Assembly: GCF_016433145.1 (NCBI RefSeq)
Contig: NC_058130.1
Coordinates: 720,750,944 to 720,814,943, forward strand
Length of the DNA stretch: 64,000 nucleotides
Source: Gracilinanus agilis
Lineage: Eukaryota
Direction: 5' to 3'
Below are positions 24,831 through 36,094 of this stretch, in pieces. The notes under the pieces are model-generated. The model did no database searches, was not told the DNA's origin, and saw only the letters and a list, made by a program, of their open reading frames with translations. The position numbers and the translations under genes are program-made. Numbering within the stretch: position 1 is the first letter of the stretch; every line of letters begins with the position of its first letter.

Positions 24831-25152
24831 GTAAATGCTCCAAAGGAGGGGCTGAATGGGAAGCCAGAGTCCTCAGGTAAGGGGTTGTGAAAAAAAGAGT
24901 CAAGTCAAAGTTATGGGTCAGAAGGACCTAGACTGCTGATGACAACCAAGTACGATTTACTGAATGAATACCCAGGCTTATAAAGGCAGAAACCACAAGG
25001 AATTTTTCTCATGTAAAGTCAAGCAACTTTCCCATAACAATGTAGCCTTGAGAGATAAAGCCTTGAGCAAGGAACCGAAGGTGGGGATAACCAGGGACAT
25101 AAGAGGAACTGAGAAAGGGGAGAATCAGGTGCTGAAAAAACATGCTTTTCTG

Positions 25153-25207
25153 TCTGGAAAAAAAGGTCTGGGAAAAGGAGCCTGGGAAAAGAAGTCTGGG
25201 AAAGGAT
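25153..25207 (+). repeat. Degenerate 14-bp tandem repeat, 4 copies
   Basis: TCTGGAAAAAAAGG / TCTGGGAAAAGGAG / CCTGGGAAAAGAAG / TCTGGGAAAGGAT. Confidence 0.75.
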
Positions 25208-26334
25208 TATTGCTTCATATCAGCAACTTGTAGAGAAATGTGGAAACTGAGGGAATCAACTATTTTGTTGGTGGGAAATGTAGAAACTGAGAGATCTCAG
25301 GCCTTAGTTAGACAATGGACCTCACTTAGCATCAGGAGTCAACAGACTTTTACCTTTTCAGAACCTGAAACCTCAGTCCCTAACAGGGATGCACCCCTCC
25401 ACCAATTCCAATCTAAACCTCTCCTTTACTTAGATGTTCTTCATGAAGTATTTCGATGGAAAAAATAACCCCAAACCAAAACTTTATTACCTAGTGGTCA
25501 ATCTTATGGTGATGAATCCTTGTGCACTTAATTATATTGGTCCTTGCACTGCACACATATAATTTGTTTCCAAATCTGTACTGAAGATCTTTTAAGTTGG
25601 AAAAAAGCTTGGCTTCTACTAGTCTATTGACAAGAAGTTAATATCTCCAGAAGAGAACAATTGTGGGTATTGTGGAAAGTTAGTACTAATCTGTAACTCT
25701 TTTTGGCATCCCAAAACAACTGACTTTAAAGAAGTTTCATTTTAAGACTGAAGCTACTAATTTGCTTCTCTCCCCTTGCTAAAGCAGGGTGGAGACAAGT
25801 TTTTTGTTTATTTGGAAACAAGCCTGTTGGGTGGGGAAACAATTAAATGAACTAGGCAGAGCCATGCTGAGAAAAGTAGACATGCAAAGTGTGGCCATTC
25901 TAAATGATGTGGATGTGTTCTGGCTACTGCTCTTGTCTGGACTGAAGTCTGAACCCTCCAATCAAAGAAGCTTGGGAAAGAGACTTCACAAAGGCCATAA
26001 ATTGGTAGAGGGAAGAGGAAATCCCTCTCTTCCCCTGGAATTGGGGACTGGGAAGATGCAGGGTCTGTTTTGGGGCTGGTGCAGTTGATTCACTGAGAAG
26101 GCGGCTAAGAGAGTGTCTGGCCACAAGAGGTTGCTTTTTCTTTCTCTGGTCTGATTTTTATTATTTAATAAATAATTATAAATGAAAATATGGCCTCCAG
26201 AAAATTTTAAGCATAACAGAACAAACACCAGATATCTATTATAATATATTGTTCTTAATTTTATGTTTATTGTCTTTGGCTCTTTTCTGTCCTTAGAGGC
26301 AAAGTAACATTTAACTTTAGAATTGGAAGGGACC

Positions 26335-26518
26335 AGGAAGCTAGGTGGCTTAGTCAACTGGGAGCCAAGTCTAGAAATGGGAGAGCATGGGTTCAAATCT
26401 CAGGTGTTTCCTAGCTATGTGGTCCTGGGCAAGTCACTTAACTCTAATTGCCTAGCCCTTATCACTCTTCTGCTTTGGAACCAATAATTCTAAGACAGAA
26501 GGTAAGGGTTAAAAAAAG
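26335..26518 (+). mobile_element. SINE1_Mdo-type SINE
   Basis: GCTAGGTGGCTTAGT...GGGCAAGTCACTTAAC...CTAAGACAGAAGGTAAGGGTTAAAAAAA. Confidence 0.88.
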
Positions 26519-27921
26519 AACTAGAAGAGATTTTTGAAGATGGATGAATATAGTATTTGTTAAGTATTTACTATATGGAAAGCACTGTGTGTGCTAGGTG
26601 CTGATCATCCAAATGGAGAAGTAAGACAGTTCATGCCCTCAAAGAGCTTATATTAAAAAAAATTTTTTTAGGAGCTCACATTTGAATGTGGTCCTCTGAT
26701 CCAATTTCCTATATACATTACATATGCATATATGTCCTTTCCATGTTAAACATGAAATTTTGATGTAGTTGCAAGTCTATAGGAATTTGAGTAACAAGGT
26801 CTTGGTGAATTGTAGCTCTAATACTTATTACTTACATGATCTTGGTCAAGTCTCAAGCTCTATGAACTACAATTTCCTCATGTATAAAATCATAATGATG
26901 ATGATTTCTAAAGTTTCTTTTAGCTCTAAACCCCATGATCTCTTCCACTGGCAAGAAAACTAACACTTTGCTGGCTAGCCTAGGCTATTGTTGGGCAGTT
27001 TTGATTGACATTCATTGGAGTAGTTGGCCATAAGAACTACATGGTGAAGGGTCAGTCAATCAACAATTATTTATTAAATACTTACTATGTATCAGGCAGC
27101 CTGCCAAATCCTGGGAATACAAATTAAAAAAAAACCCAACTCCTCACCCTCAAGGAGCTTACATTCTGATAGGAAAAATAGGTCATAAAAGGAAGCTAAA
27201 AAGGGAGTGTTGGACAAAGCTAACTCATGGAGGAACATAGTAAGGAGAAGTCTGGAGTGCAGCATGGGAAGAATGAAGATGAAACTGGCCTGGGGACCAT
27301 TAACCTCTATTACATGGATGTTATGGGAGGAGCCATTCAATCAAAAGGAGAGGCCAGTGGAGTGGAGGCTATTTCTAACATGTTAATTCAAGGGTTGAAG
27401 TGAGGTTTGGGGACATGGGAGAAGGAAATCTAGGGTATAGCCAGGATAGAAAGGAGAACTATGTTTGGAGTCAGAGATGGATTCTCAATCTTGGTCCTGG
27501 TGCTTACTATTTGTGTGACCCTGAATAATTTACTTCAATACTCTGGCCTCAGTTTCCTCCTCTATAAAATGAGAGTAGTGGAAGTAGATCATCTTAAAGG
27601 TGATTTCTAGCTCTAAATCTATAAGCCTATCACAAAGACTAAAGATTTTATTTCCAGCAAATACAAATGACAGGTTTAATTCTGTGGCATGTGGGCTATT
27701 TATCTTTTTACCATATTGAAATGATAATTATCTATGCAGGCTTGTCTCCTTCCTACCAGAAAGCGAAAATGATTGAATAACATCTTTCATTGGTAGGTTT
27801 GTTAGGCAGCATAAAGTTCTTGTTATACAAAATGGCAAGAAAATCCCCAACAAAACCCAAACCCAAACACATTAGTATAAAAATAGAAAAAAGCTCATGA
27901 AGAGGTCAAGAAGGGTTCTTC

Positions 27922-28668
27922 TATAAGAATTTAAATTTAGGTTACATGCTAAATATGAGAATTCTAAAGTAATATTGTGATCACCAATTTAAAAATATTA
28001 CATTTTAAGTCAAAATGCCTTTTAGCAGCTTTATTTACAAAGAGGTGGAAAGAGTGAAAGTGGAAAAATATAGATAAAGAGATGGATTATAATAAACCTA
28101 CCAGCCCTTTTCCTGAGAAACCAGGTTCAGCCCCCAGCAAGGCTTCTCCAAAGACCCTGTCTCCATGTGGATTTTTCCCAGTAATCCTCAGTCAGAAGTC
28201 CCAGCAGTGCCTTCAACCAGGGTTCCACAAATGCAGCCTCTTCCAAAGCCAAGGCAGGAATCTCCAGAACCAATCTCTCCAAAAGCCAGGAAAGGAAGGC
28301 CAGATACTCACCCAGCAAGGTGACACAGGCTCCAGGGAAAGAGTCTCCTCCTTTAGTCCAGCTCACCAAAGCAGAGTCTCCAAAGACAAACTCCAAAGGA
28401 GAAGAAGTTCAAAGGAGAAGTCCTTTGTTCAGGACTTTTAATAGTCCTTTTTCCATGTCACTTCCTGTCCCTTCCCCACTTTACGGAAACTAATTGCTGT
28501 CTTTCAATTTGCCTAGCACTGCCCAGGAAGGGTGGCAGTAGCCTTTGGAGGTATGAGCTTACTCTAGTGACTCATGAATTCTCTTACTTAGTGTTAAGTA
28601 GAGGTGCTTTGAGTTCTTGATTCATTTAGCTAAAAATAGGGAAGGGGAAAGTTAATCCTATTTTCACG
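27922..28668 (-). mobile_element. ERV 3' LTR, minus strand
   Basis: Reverse complement aligns with LTR 31650..32554 (GGACTAT(T)AAAAGTCCTGAAC, GTAAATAAAGCT, TTTAAATTCTTA(C/T)A); preceded on its own strand by PPT AGAGGGGAT (28677..28669). Confidence 0.85.
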
Positions 28669-30060
28669 ATCCCCTCTGTGATTCTTTGGGAGACTAGTCT
28701 CCCTAATGAATCATTTAACATAACTAGTTTATACCTCTAAAGATCTTCTAGCTAAAGATGCATACAATATTGTACTACCTAAGAGGAAACTACAATAGTT
28801 GGAGATAAGAGGAAAATAGAAAGAGAGAGAGGAAAACCAATGTTTGCTAGGCCAATTGACAAAAAGCCAATTAGGGGGCAATCTCCTTTGGCATAAGACT
28901 TTATATTCAGAATAAATGATATGTTCAACCCCCTTCAGTTCAATTAATTATATCCAAAGTTCATTCTAGATCTTCTGATGCAGTGTATGGTTTCCATAGA
29001 CTTCTTTATGGTGACTTCTCCAAACAGTTCACTTTCTTGATTAAGGGAGTTAGCCAGCTCCTTTTCCTGAACTTTCTCTCAAAAATTTTTAAATGTTGGA
29101 TTTTACAAAAATTATACACTTCCATGTTTCAGAAAGTTTAAGGATAGAAGAAAAATTTTATATAGAAGTGGAAAGCATCAAGTATTGTCGAATGCCTGCA
29201 ACTAGGTAAAAAAAAAATGAAATCTTCCTACTATTTTCCATTATTGGAATGCCTTCCTTCTATCTCTCTGTCTATTGAATTTGCCTGAATCTGCTTACCC
29301 ATCCTTAAAAACCCAGCTGAAGTGTCATCTCTTCCAGAAAGCCTTCCCTGATTGTAACATTAAGCTATTAGGTATGCAGCTGCTTAACTTAACTGTTTAT
29401 GGTTTGAGATTTGCTCCTACAATAAGACACATTTCTACACAGCATTTTTAAATAAAAGGTAAGATAAATAGATTTGTTACTATTATGCAAAGATAAGAAC
29501 AACACCAGCAATAATAAGAGAAGTAGAAAAGAATGTTAAGATGCATCACCATGGGGAAGCACCTACACCTGAATATTCTGACTGGAAGTCTCATGACTGG
29601 AAGTCTTCAGGGTGACCCATTCAGGAAAGATCCCAGGCAAAGTATCCTTTCCATGGGTGAGACTTCAAAGTTCACTTTCCAGAAGGTGTTTTTTATTGAC
29701 CTCAAACAAAGAAAGCTTTATGTCAGCAGTAGTTTGTATCACTGCTTCCAGGGTACTAGCAACCTGGCCAAGGTCTGGAGCCCCCAGAAGCAGCCAGGCA
29801 AAATATATCTCAAAATTTAATTAAGAATTATGAAGACAACACATTCTATGAGATAAGGGTTAATCTCACAGAAGTATGTTTACCACCAGACAATCAGAGA
29901 CCTTGGGAAGCTGATGAAAACTCTGGTCAAAGTTCAAAGCAGCCCCAGGTTCTGCTGGTAAATGTGAGACCTATGATATAAAACTGGGAAGATTTACTAA
30001 ACTTATACTTTAACCCTTCACTGATACACTGAAATTAGTAACAGTCTTTTCCCCCTTTGG
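28669..30060 (-). mobile_element. ERV internal 3' region, decayed, no clear ORF
   Basis: Abuts the PPT and 3' LTR; right boundary uncertain. Confidence 0.5.
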
Positions 30061-30339
30061 ACTTCATATATATTTTATTTCACATTTATTTAATGCACTT
30101 ATCATGTATAATTCTGTATTATAACTACCTGTGTTTGGGTTATCAGATTGTAAACTGCCATGAGGGCAGAGACTTTCTTGCTCTCTTAATGCAGTTCTCT
30201 GTATAGTCAAGTACTTAATATGTTTGAGGAATTGGAAACTAAATTGAATTGACATTTGATGTCAGAAAATCTAAGATCTTACTCTTGGAGAATTTCCACT
30301 GAATCTTAGTGTTTTAATTTGTATGTAAAGGGAATATAA

Positions 30340-30740
30340 CAGTAGCTACACCCTTGCCAAACATCCTCAGATGGGATAAGCCAGATTGAGAGTAACCTAT
30401 TTAGGGGGATTTCCAGCCCAAGCATGGGAAGACTTCCTATAGCACAATGGACAGATGAGAACAAATTGTTCTAGTGGCCATAAGGTGGCTGAAATAGGTG
30501 CTATGGAGCACTTAGACCTTGGACAGATATTGAAGAAGCCAAATTCATCCACTGCATCCTGGACATCCTCAGACATCCTGACTTTTGTCTTGTTCCTGGA
30601 GTTGGATGATTCTGAAAGAGAAAAGAGAGGATTGATGTTGATGACTTTATACACATCTGCCTAACAAATATAATTCATGTGCAAGTTAAGACATCATTCC
30701 ATGATGCCATTGGTTCCCTTTGAAATAAAGATGAACAAAG
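30340..30740 (+). mobile_element. RTE-related marsupial element (Mar3/WALLSI-like)
   Basis: GATGAGAACAAATTG...TCATCCACTGCATCC...GACTTTTGTCTTG; same family as 10145..10575. Confidence 0.6.
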
Positions 30741-31359
30741 GGCATGAACTCCCTAAATACTAAGATACTGCTATATATCGGCATGAAGGAAGGATGCCTT
30801 AGAAACTATGTGGAATATAATATTGGCTTACGTCACAGGTAGTGTTTTAGTTTGAATAGCTGAGCCTGTACCATCTGGATCCCTCAGTTCCTTCTTGGTA
30901 TTATCTCTAGCTATCATCTAGTCATTCTGGTGATCAAATGAGATAATTTGAGAAAAATGCTTTACAAATTGTAAAGCTCTATAAAAATATTAGTAGCAGC
31001 TACTAGCCTATATGTTTAATTTCTAGAAGTAAGCAATACATGATTGCATGAATTAAAAAAGTATTTATTGAGCTCCTACTGTGTGTAGACACTGTGATAA
31101 ACACTGGGGAAATAAACACAGGCAAGCAAGACAGTCTTTACCCTCAAGAAGATTCAAATTTTGTAGTAAAAGATGGCATATAATTGAAGATAGTTTTGAA
31201 AGTTGGGGATATCAAGGAGGAGTGCCAGAATGATGGTGGTATGCTTTGGAAATGACTGGGAAGTGGTATGGTGGTCTCATTCCAAGGAATATTGGGCAAA
31301 TAAGGTGATAGATTGATCTATCAGAACCCAGGTTTCCCGGGGACACTTTTAAGCATAAC

Positions 31360-31649
31360 ATAGATTCTTTGTTCATCTCTCTTGATTTTATCAACTTTTA
31401 TCATTGTTTTATATAAGATCATGATGGCAACTCCTGTTCTTTTAAAGTCATCTGAAATAGAATAGATTTTTATTCTATTTTTTCACATTCACTCAGTATA
31501 TATCTATATGCTTTAAATATTTTTTATGCAGCAAATTTGGGGGTTATATTCTCTTATTCATTGCTATGTACTTTATCATTTTTTCTTTTTCCTATGAAAT
31601 TCAACCCATTCACATTGAGGAGAACAATGGTTAAATTTATGTTTTCTTC
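31360..31649 (-). mobile_element. L1 endonuclease-region fragment
   Basis: GATCATGATGGCAACTCCTG...ATTCAACCCATTCACATT, typical antisense L1 EN sequence. Confidence 0.65.
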
Positions 31650-32554
31650 TGTGAAGAGTGAATCAAGCTTTCTTTGTCTATCAATCAGCACCTTTTAAAT
31701 TAATCAATCAAGAACTTAAAATATCCTTACCAGTCACTAAGTAGGAGAGTTCACAAGTCATTTGCCAGAGTGAGCACTAACTCCAGAGGCCACTGACCCT
31801 GACCCTGGGCAGTACTAGGCAAATTGAGAGACTGCAATTGGTTCCTGTAAAGTAGAGGAAGGGGCAGGAAGTGATGGAAAAAGGACTATAAAAGTCCTGA
31901 ACTTCCTGTCCCTGGGACTTTGGCTTGGATATTCTTGGGACTTCACCTTGGGACTTTGCCTTGGGAGACTGTGCATCAGTGAGCTGGGTGACTAGCTGGC
32001 CTTCCTTTCCAGACTTCTGGAGAGATTGGTTTTGGAGAGGCCTTCCTTACCTGTAGGAGGCTGCATTGGTAAAACATTGCTAAAGACACCTTTTGGACTT
32101 CTGGCTGAGGATTATTGGAAAATCCATGTGGGGACAAAGGAAATGAGCCCCTCACTGGAGCAGCATTTAGGGTGATGGGCTAGGTTAGTGATGGGCAAAC
32201 TACAGCCCATGGGCCAGATGCGGCCCTTCTCCTTCATAATCTTTCAGTCATTAATAGGGCTTAGTATCACAAAAAATACACGAATTTTGTAAAATATATC
32301 ATTATTATTTTTTAATAAATTATATTGGCCCGCCTAATTTTTTTTCCTTTCTTTGGCCCCTTCTTTAAAAAGTTTGCCCATCACTGGGCTAGACAATTCT
32401 CTACCTTCTTACAATTTCCCACTTTCACTCTTTCCACCTCTTTGTAAATAAAGCTAGTAAAAGTCATTTTGACTTAAGTTATAATATCTTTAAATTGGTG
32501 ACCACAATATTACTATAGAATTCTCATATTTAGCATAAATTTTAAATTCTTACA
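31650..32554 (+). mobile_element. ERV 5' LTR with a nested MITE
   Basis: TG...CA termini; CTATAAAA near 31887; AATAAA near 32447; followed by leader and gag remnants. Confidence 0.88.
32186..32386. mobile_element. Non-autonomous hAT DNA transposon (MITE), OposCharlie/OC1-like
   Basis: 16-bp TIR (T/C)AGTGATGGGCAAACT; 8-bp TSD GGCTAGGT (32178..32185) vs GGCTAGAC (32387..32394) with central TA. Confidence 0.88.
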
Positions 32555-34350
32555 AAAGTCTGACAAGCACACTCTATCTTCTGATAATTTCCTTCACCTT
32601 CTACTATCTCTATACTATCCCTCAGTCCCAATCTACAGCTGTTGACCTGTTTGCTGGGAAGAAGGGTAAGTCCTAAATTTTTTTTCTTTCTTTCCCCCTT
32701 AAACTGAAAACAGCTGAAATTACCTTACCAGCAGCTGCTGGGTAAGCTACCTGTTTTTTCTTAGGCAGTAATTAGCCAGCCCCCAGCCCCCACCCCCCCT
32801 ACCCCTCACCCCCGCCTCAGGGAGTAAGCAACCCTACCCCCACAAGATTCCATCTCGAAGCCCAGAATTTCTTTTTATTAAGGCCTTTACAAACCCCATG
32901 TGTCTCTACTAGGGAACCCCCTTTCAAAACCACTTAAAGTCCTTTTGTCCAAGGCCAACTCAGAGAAGCAGCTTTCTGCCCTCATGGTGAAAGCATGTGG
33001 TTCTGGTAGTTTTACCACTAGGGGGAAGGAGAGAGTAGAAAACTCTCCCAAACCTCTTAGCTAAAATTCAGGCTATACTCTGAGAGATTTACCTACAAGA
33101 AAGTGTGTTTTATTTTGCCTAACATAGAAAGCTTTTGCTTTCTCCTGTTGCCCCTCCTAAACTTAGTCTCTGGCTTTTTGCTGGCCCTCCACTCAAAAGC
33201 TAATTGCTTAGGATATGCCTGTACTTACAACAATTTCCTTATCAAAAGACTACTCTAACTCCTAGCCATTACATACGGGGATAGTGCCATCTACTGATAA
33301 AAAGTAGAATTGCAAGCAGTTCTAATAATTAGATTTAAAAAAATGCTAAATAGGTGAATAATTATGATTTTTAACAGCATAATCCAAATTGGGAAAATGT
33401 TGTTTCTTGTCTATATGAAATGGCTCATGATCCCAGAGAACATTTCACAATGGCTTTATTTAGCACTGTTTCTGGGTATATTCATAATAACAAGATACAT
33501 TGCAGTTTATCTATCCCTCTTTAAGAAAAAACTGACAAATAGCCTGAATAACCTCGAGAATCATATGAGAGATTCATCTCAGCTGCTTCCTGTCCAACAC
33601 ATTTCCCGTTCTGTCCAACACATTTCCTGTCCAATCCAACCAATCCCTCCTACTTCTCAACCAATCGCTGAACTAAAAGCTCACCTTGAAAGACAACTGG
33701 AAAATACTGAGAAGAAGATGGAGGAGAGTTTGGGGGAGCTCAAGGCTTATATAAAAACACTGAGAAAAACTTGAAAACTCCCAGAGTAATAAGAGAGATT
33801 TATCTCTCCACACTCCCTCATTATCAGAGCTGACTCAGTCTCTGTCCCATCCTACCCTATGCAATTTTGCTCCCCCTACTCAACCCATCCCTTTCACCAC
33901 CATACCTGATCCATCTCCCCACATTCCCTCACCATCTAATCCTACCCAGCCTCCTTGCTCTTGCCATTGCCACTCTCTCTCTTTTTTTCCCCACCCACTA
34001 CCAAAACTCACCCATGCCTCCCTCTGCCCCTACCTCCTATCTTTCTTCCTCTGCCCTAGCCCCTTCCTTCTTTGTCCCAGCCCCTTCCTCCTCTGTCCCA
34101 GCCCCACCCCCCTGCCCAATCCATCCCTCTCCCTGCCCCTACCTCTCATCTCTCTGCTATTATTGATGGGTTGACATTGAAAATTTGTTACAAACCTTTT
34201 TGACAGAAAGAGAGAAAAATGAAATCATGTGTCTTGTTAATCAGGCCCAAGAAAGGATAGCAATTCATTGGCCACGTGAGGACCCAAAATGGAACCCTAA
34301 TAGGGAGGAAGATTATGCCAGACTAGAGAGACCAACAGAGATGCCAACAT
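32555..34350 (+). mobile_element. ERV1-class internal region: leader, TM/coiled-coil ORF, Pro-rich tract, capsid fragment
   Basis: 34167..34331 translates WVDIENLLQTFLTEREKNEI...WPREDPKWNPN, resembling gammaretroviral Gag p30; Pro-rich 33780..34160 resembles p12; GGTAAG donor-like sites in the leader. Confidence 0.75.
33364..33774 (+). CDS. 136-aa ORF in the ERV gag position (hydrophobic helix plus coiled coil); probably the frameshifted 5' end of gag
   Basis: ATG-initiated; WLYLALFLGIFIITRYIAVYLSLF then KKK; heptad-like IAELKAHLERQLENTEKKMEESLGELKAYIKTL. Expression unknown. Confidence 0.4.
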   Translation: MIFNSIIQIGKMLFLVYMKWLMIPENISQWLYLALFLGIFIITRYIAVYLSLFKKKLTNSLNNLENHMRDSSQLLPVQHISRSVQHISCPIQPIPPTSQPIAELKAHLERQLENTEKKMEESLGELKAYIKTLRKT

Positions 34351-34683
34351 CTCTTAAAGAGAAAGTCCTATTTTGAAATGGAACAACTTGTCTTTCATAG
34401 AAGCTTCACTCAACAGGAAGTAATGTAAGGACCCTATGAAAAGCTTACTTGCTTTGGCCACATGTGTTCTCTATGCATGTTCCTCACCACCAGTATTTAA
34501 TACTACACATACAGGGATCTTTTACCTATTGTGGGAGTTACCTTTCAGAGACTCCCTTGATAGGTGAAAATCCACAAAGTACTGGAGTTACTTTTATTTT
34601 ATTATTAATATATATTTTAAGGCTTTTAAAACTCTTTCCACTCCCCTATAAACCTTTTGCACACTCTTATTAGCCTTTCCCAC

Positions 34684-35428
34684 TGTAAAAGTTAAAAAAA
34701 TTATGGTTGCCAAATTGTAATAATTACAATTAAATTAAAATTAAATTATGAGGCTATTAGTAGCTTTAGTAGTATTATTACAGCAAAATAGAAATAGTAA
34801 AGAGAGGGAAATGTAGGAAGGAGGTAGAGGGTTGCCTAGCCTACCACCATAAGTGCCAATCCAATGAGATCCAGTTCACAACCCCTCCTCCCCCACAAGG
34901 GTCCAAACTGTCAGAACAGCAGGAGAATACCTTTGGCAAGAGTGTCCAGAACCTAAATCTGAATCTGAGACCCCTTAGCCTAAGTCACCAACGCAGGAAG
35001 GAATCTGAGTCTCCATCAGGATCCAAATGGGAATCCCAATATCCTTTCAGCAAGAGCCACTAGCTCCAGAGTTCAAATCTCAGAGATCAAATGCAAATCA
35101 GAATGTCCCACTTTGTGCTGGGTCTCACCTTATAAACATTTCTCTCCACCCGCAGTTCTCCAACATCATCTCAGGAACCAATCATAGTTCCTTAATTTGA
35201 CTGTCATTGCCCAGGGGGACAGTGCTTGTGGGATCAATTTCCTGTCTTGTTGGTTTCAACTTCCTTTCTCTGAGGGTATGTCTGTACTTGCAATCAATGC
35301 TGAAGGATTTTCAAGTTTCTGACTCATTACATTAAAGGTCACTGATTGATTACATTAAAAGGAAGGAGAATTCCAAGTCCCTGATTGATTTAAATTAAAA
35401 CAAAGGGAGGTAAAATTCCTTTCTCTCA
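34684..35428 (-). mobile_element. ERV solo LTR, 745 bp
   Basis: TG...CA termini; TSD CCAC (34680..34683) vs CCAT (35429..35432); minus-strand TTTATAAG near 35130. Confidence 0.8.
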
Positions 35429-36094
35429 CCATATTCATAAATAGCCAATCAACTCCCAGGATACAGAACACAGATCTGGTTGATATAGCAAAAACTCTAC
35501 AATATAGAATTAGATATGTATTTTTTAAGCATGCACAATACAGTGAAGCCCCAATAAGTGAACCATGATATAGCAAGGGACACTGTATGCACATTTCTCC
35601 CATGGACACAGTGTATATTTGTGAGAAAGAGTGCCCCAGGTTTATGGGGCACTCACTATCCTACCTCAGTAAATGCCTCTGCTTTGAGCTAATTGTGTTT
35701 ATTGATTGCCTTTGACAGATAAGGAGGCTGGTGGGAGATTCATAAGCTACCATTTTAGAGTTGAACTTGATGTAATCATCCCTTGGGAACTCAACCTTCA
35801 AGTTCCAAGTTGAAAAAGCTAACCCCAGAGGGGGTGTTACACAGACAATCTTACAATGATCTAGGTAGGAGCAGTTGAGCTCAACCACCTAGGTTCATTC
35901 AGAGAGGCTTTCTGAAGTTCACATGAGCAGGTGGCTCAGGTTTGGTGACTCATGCTTGATCCTTTTGGCATGATAGGGCAGGCTTACTTAAGTATGCACA
36001 GACTCACTTCTTCAGATATTCACATGTTTTCTGAGAACTCTAATGCTTAGGATACTAAAGATCACCCGTTTGCTTCAAATTTTCTAGTGTCATG

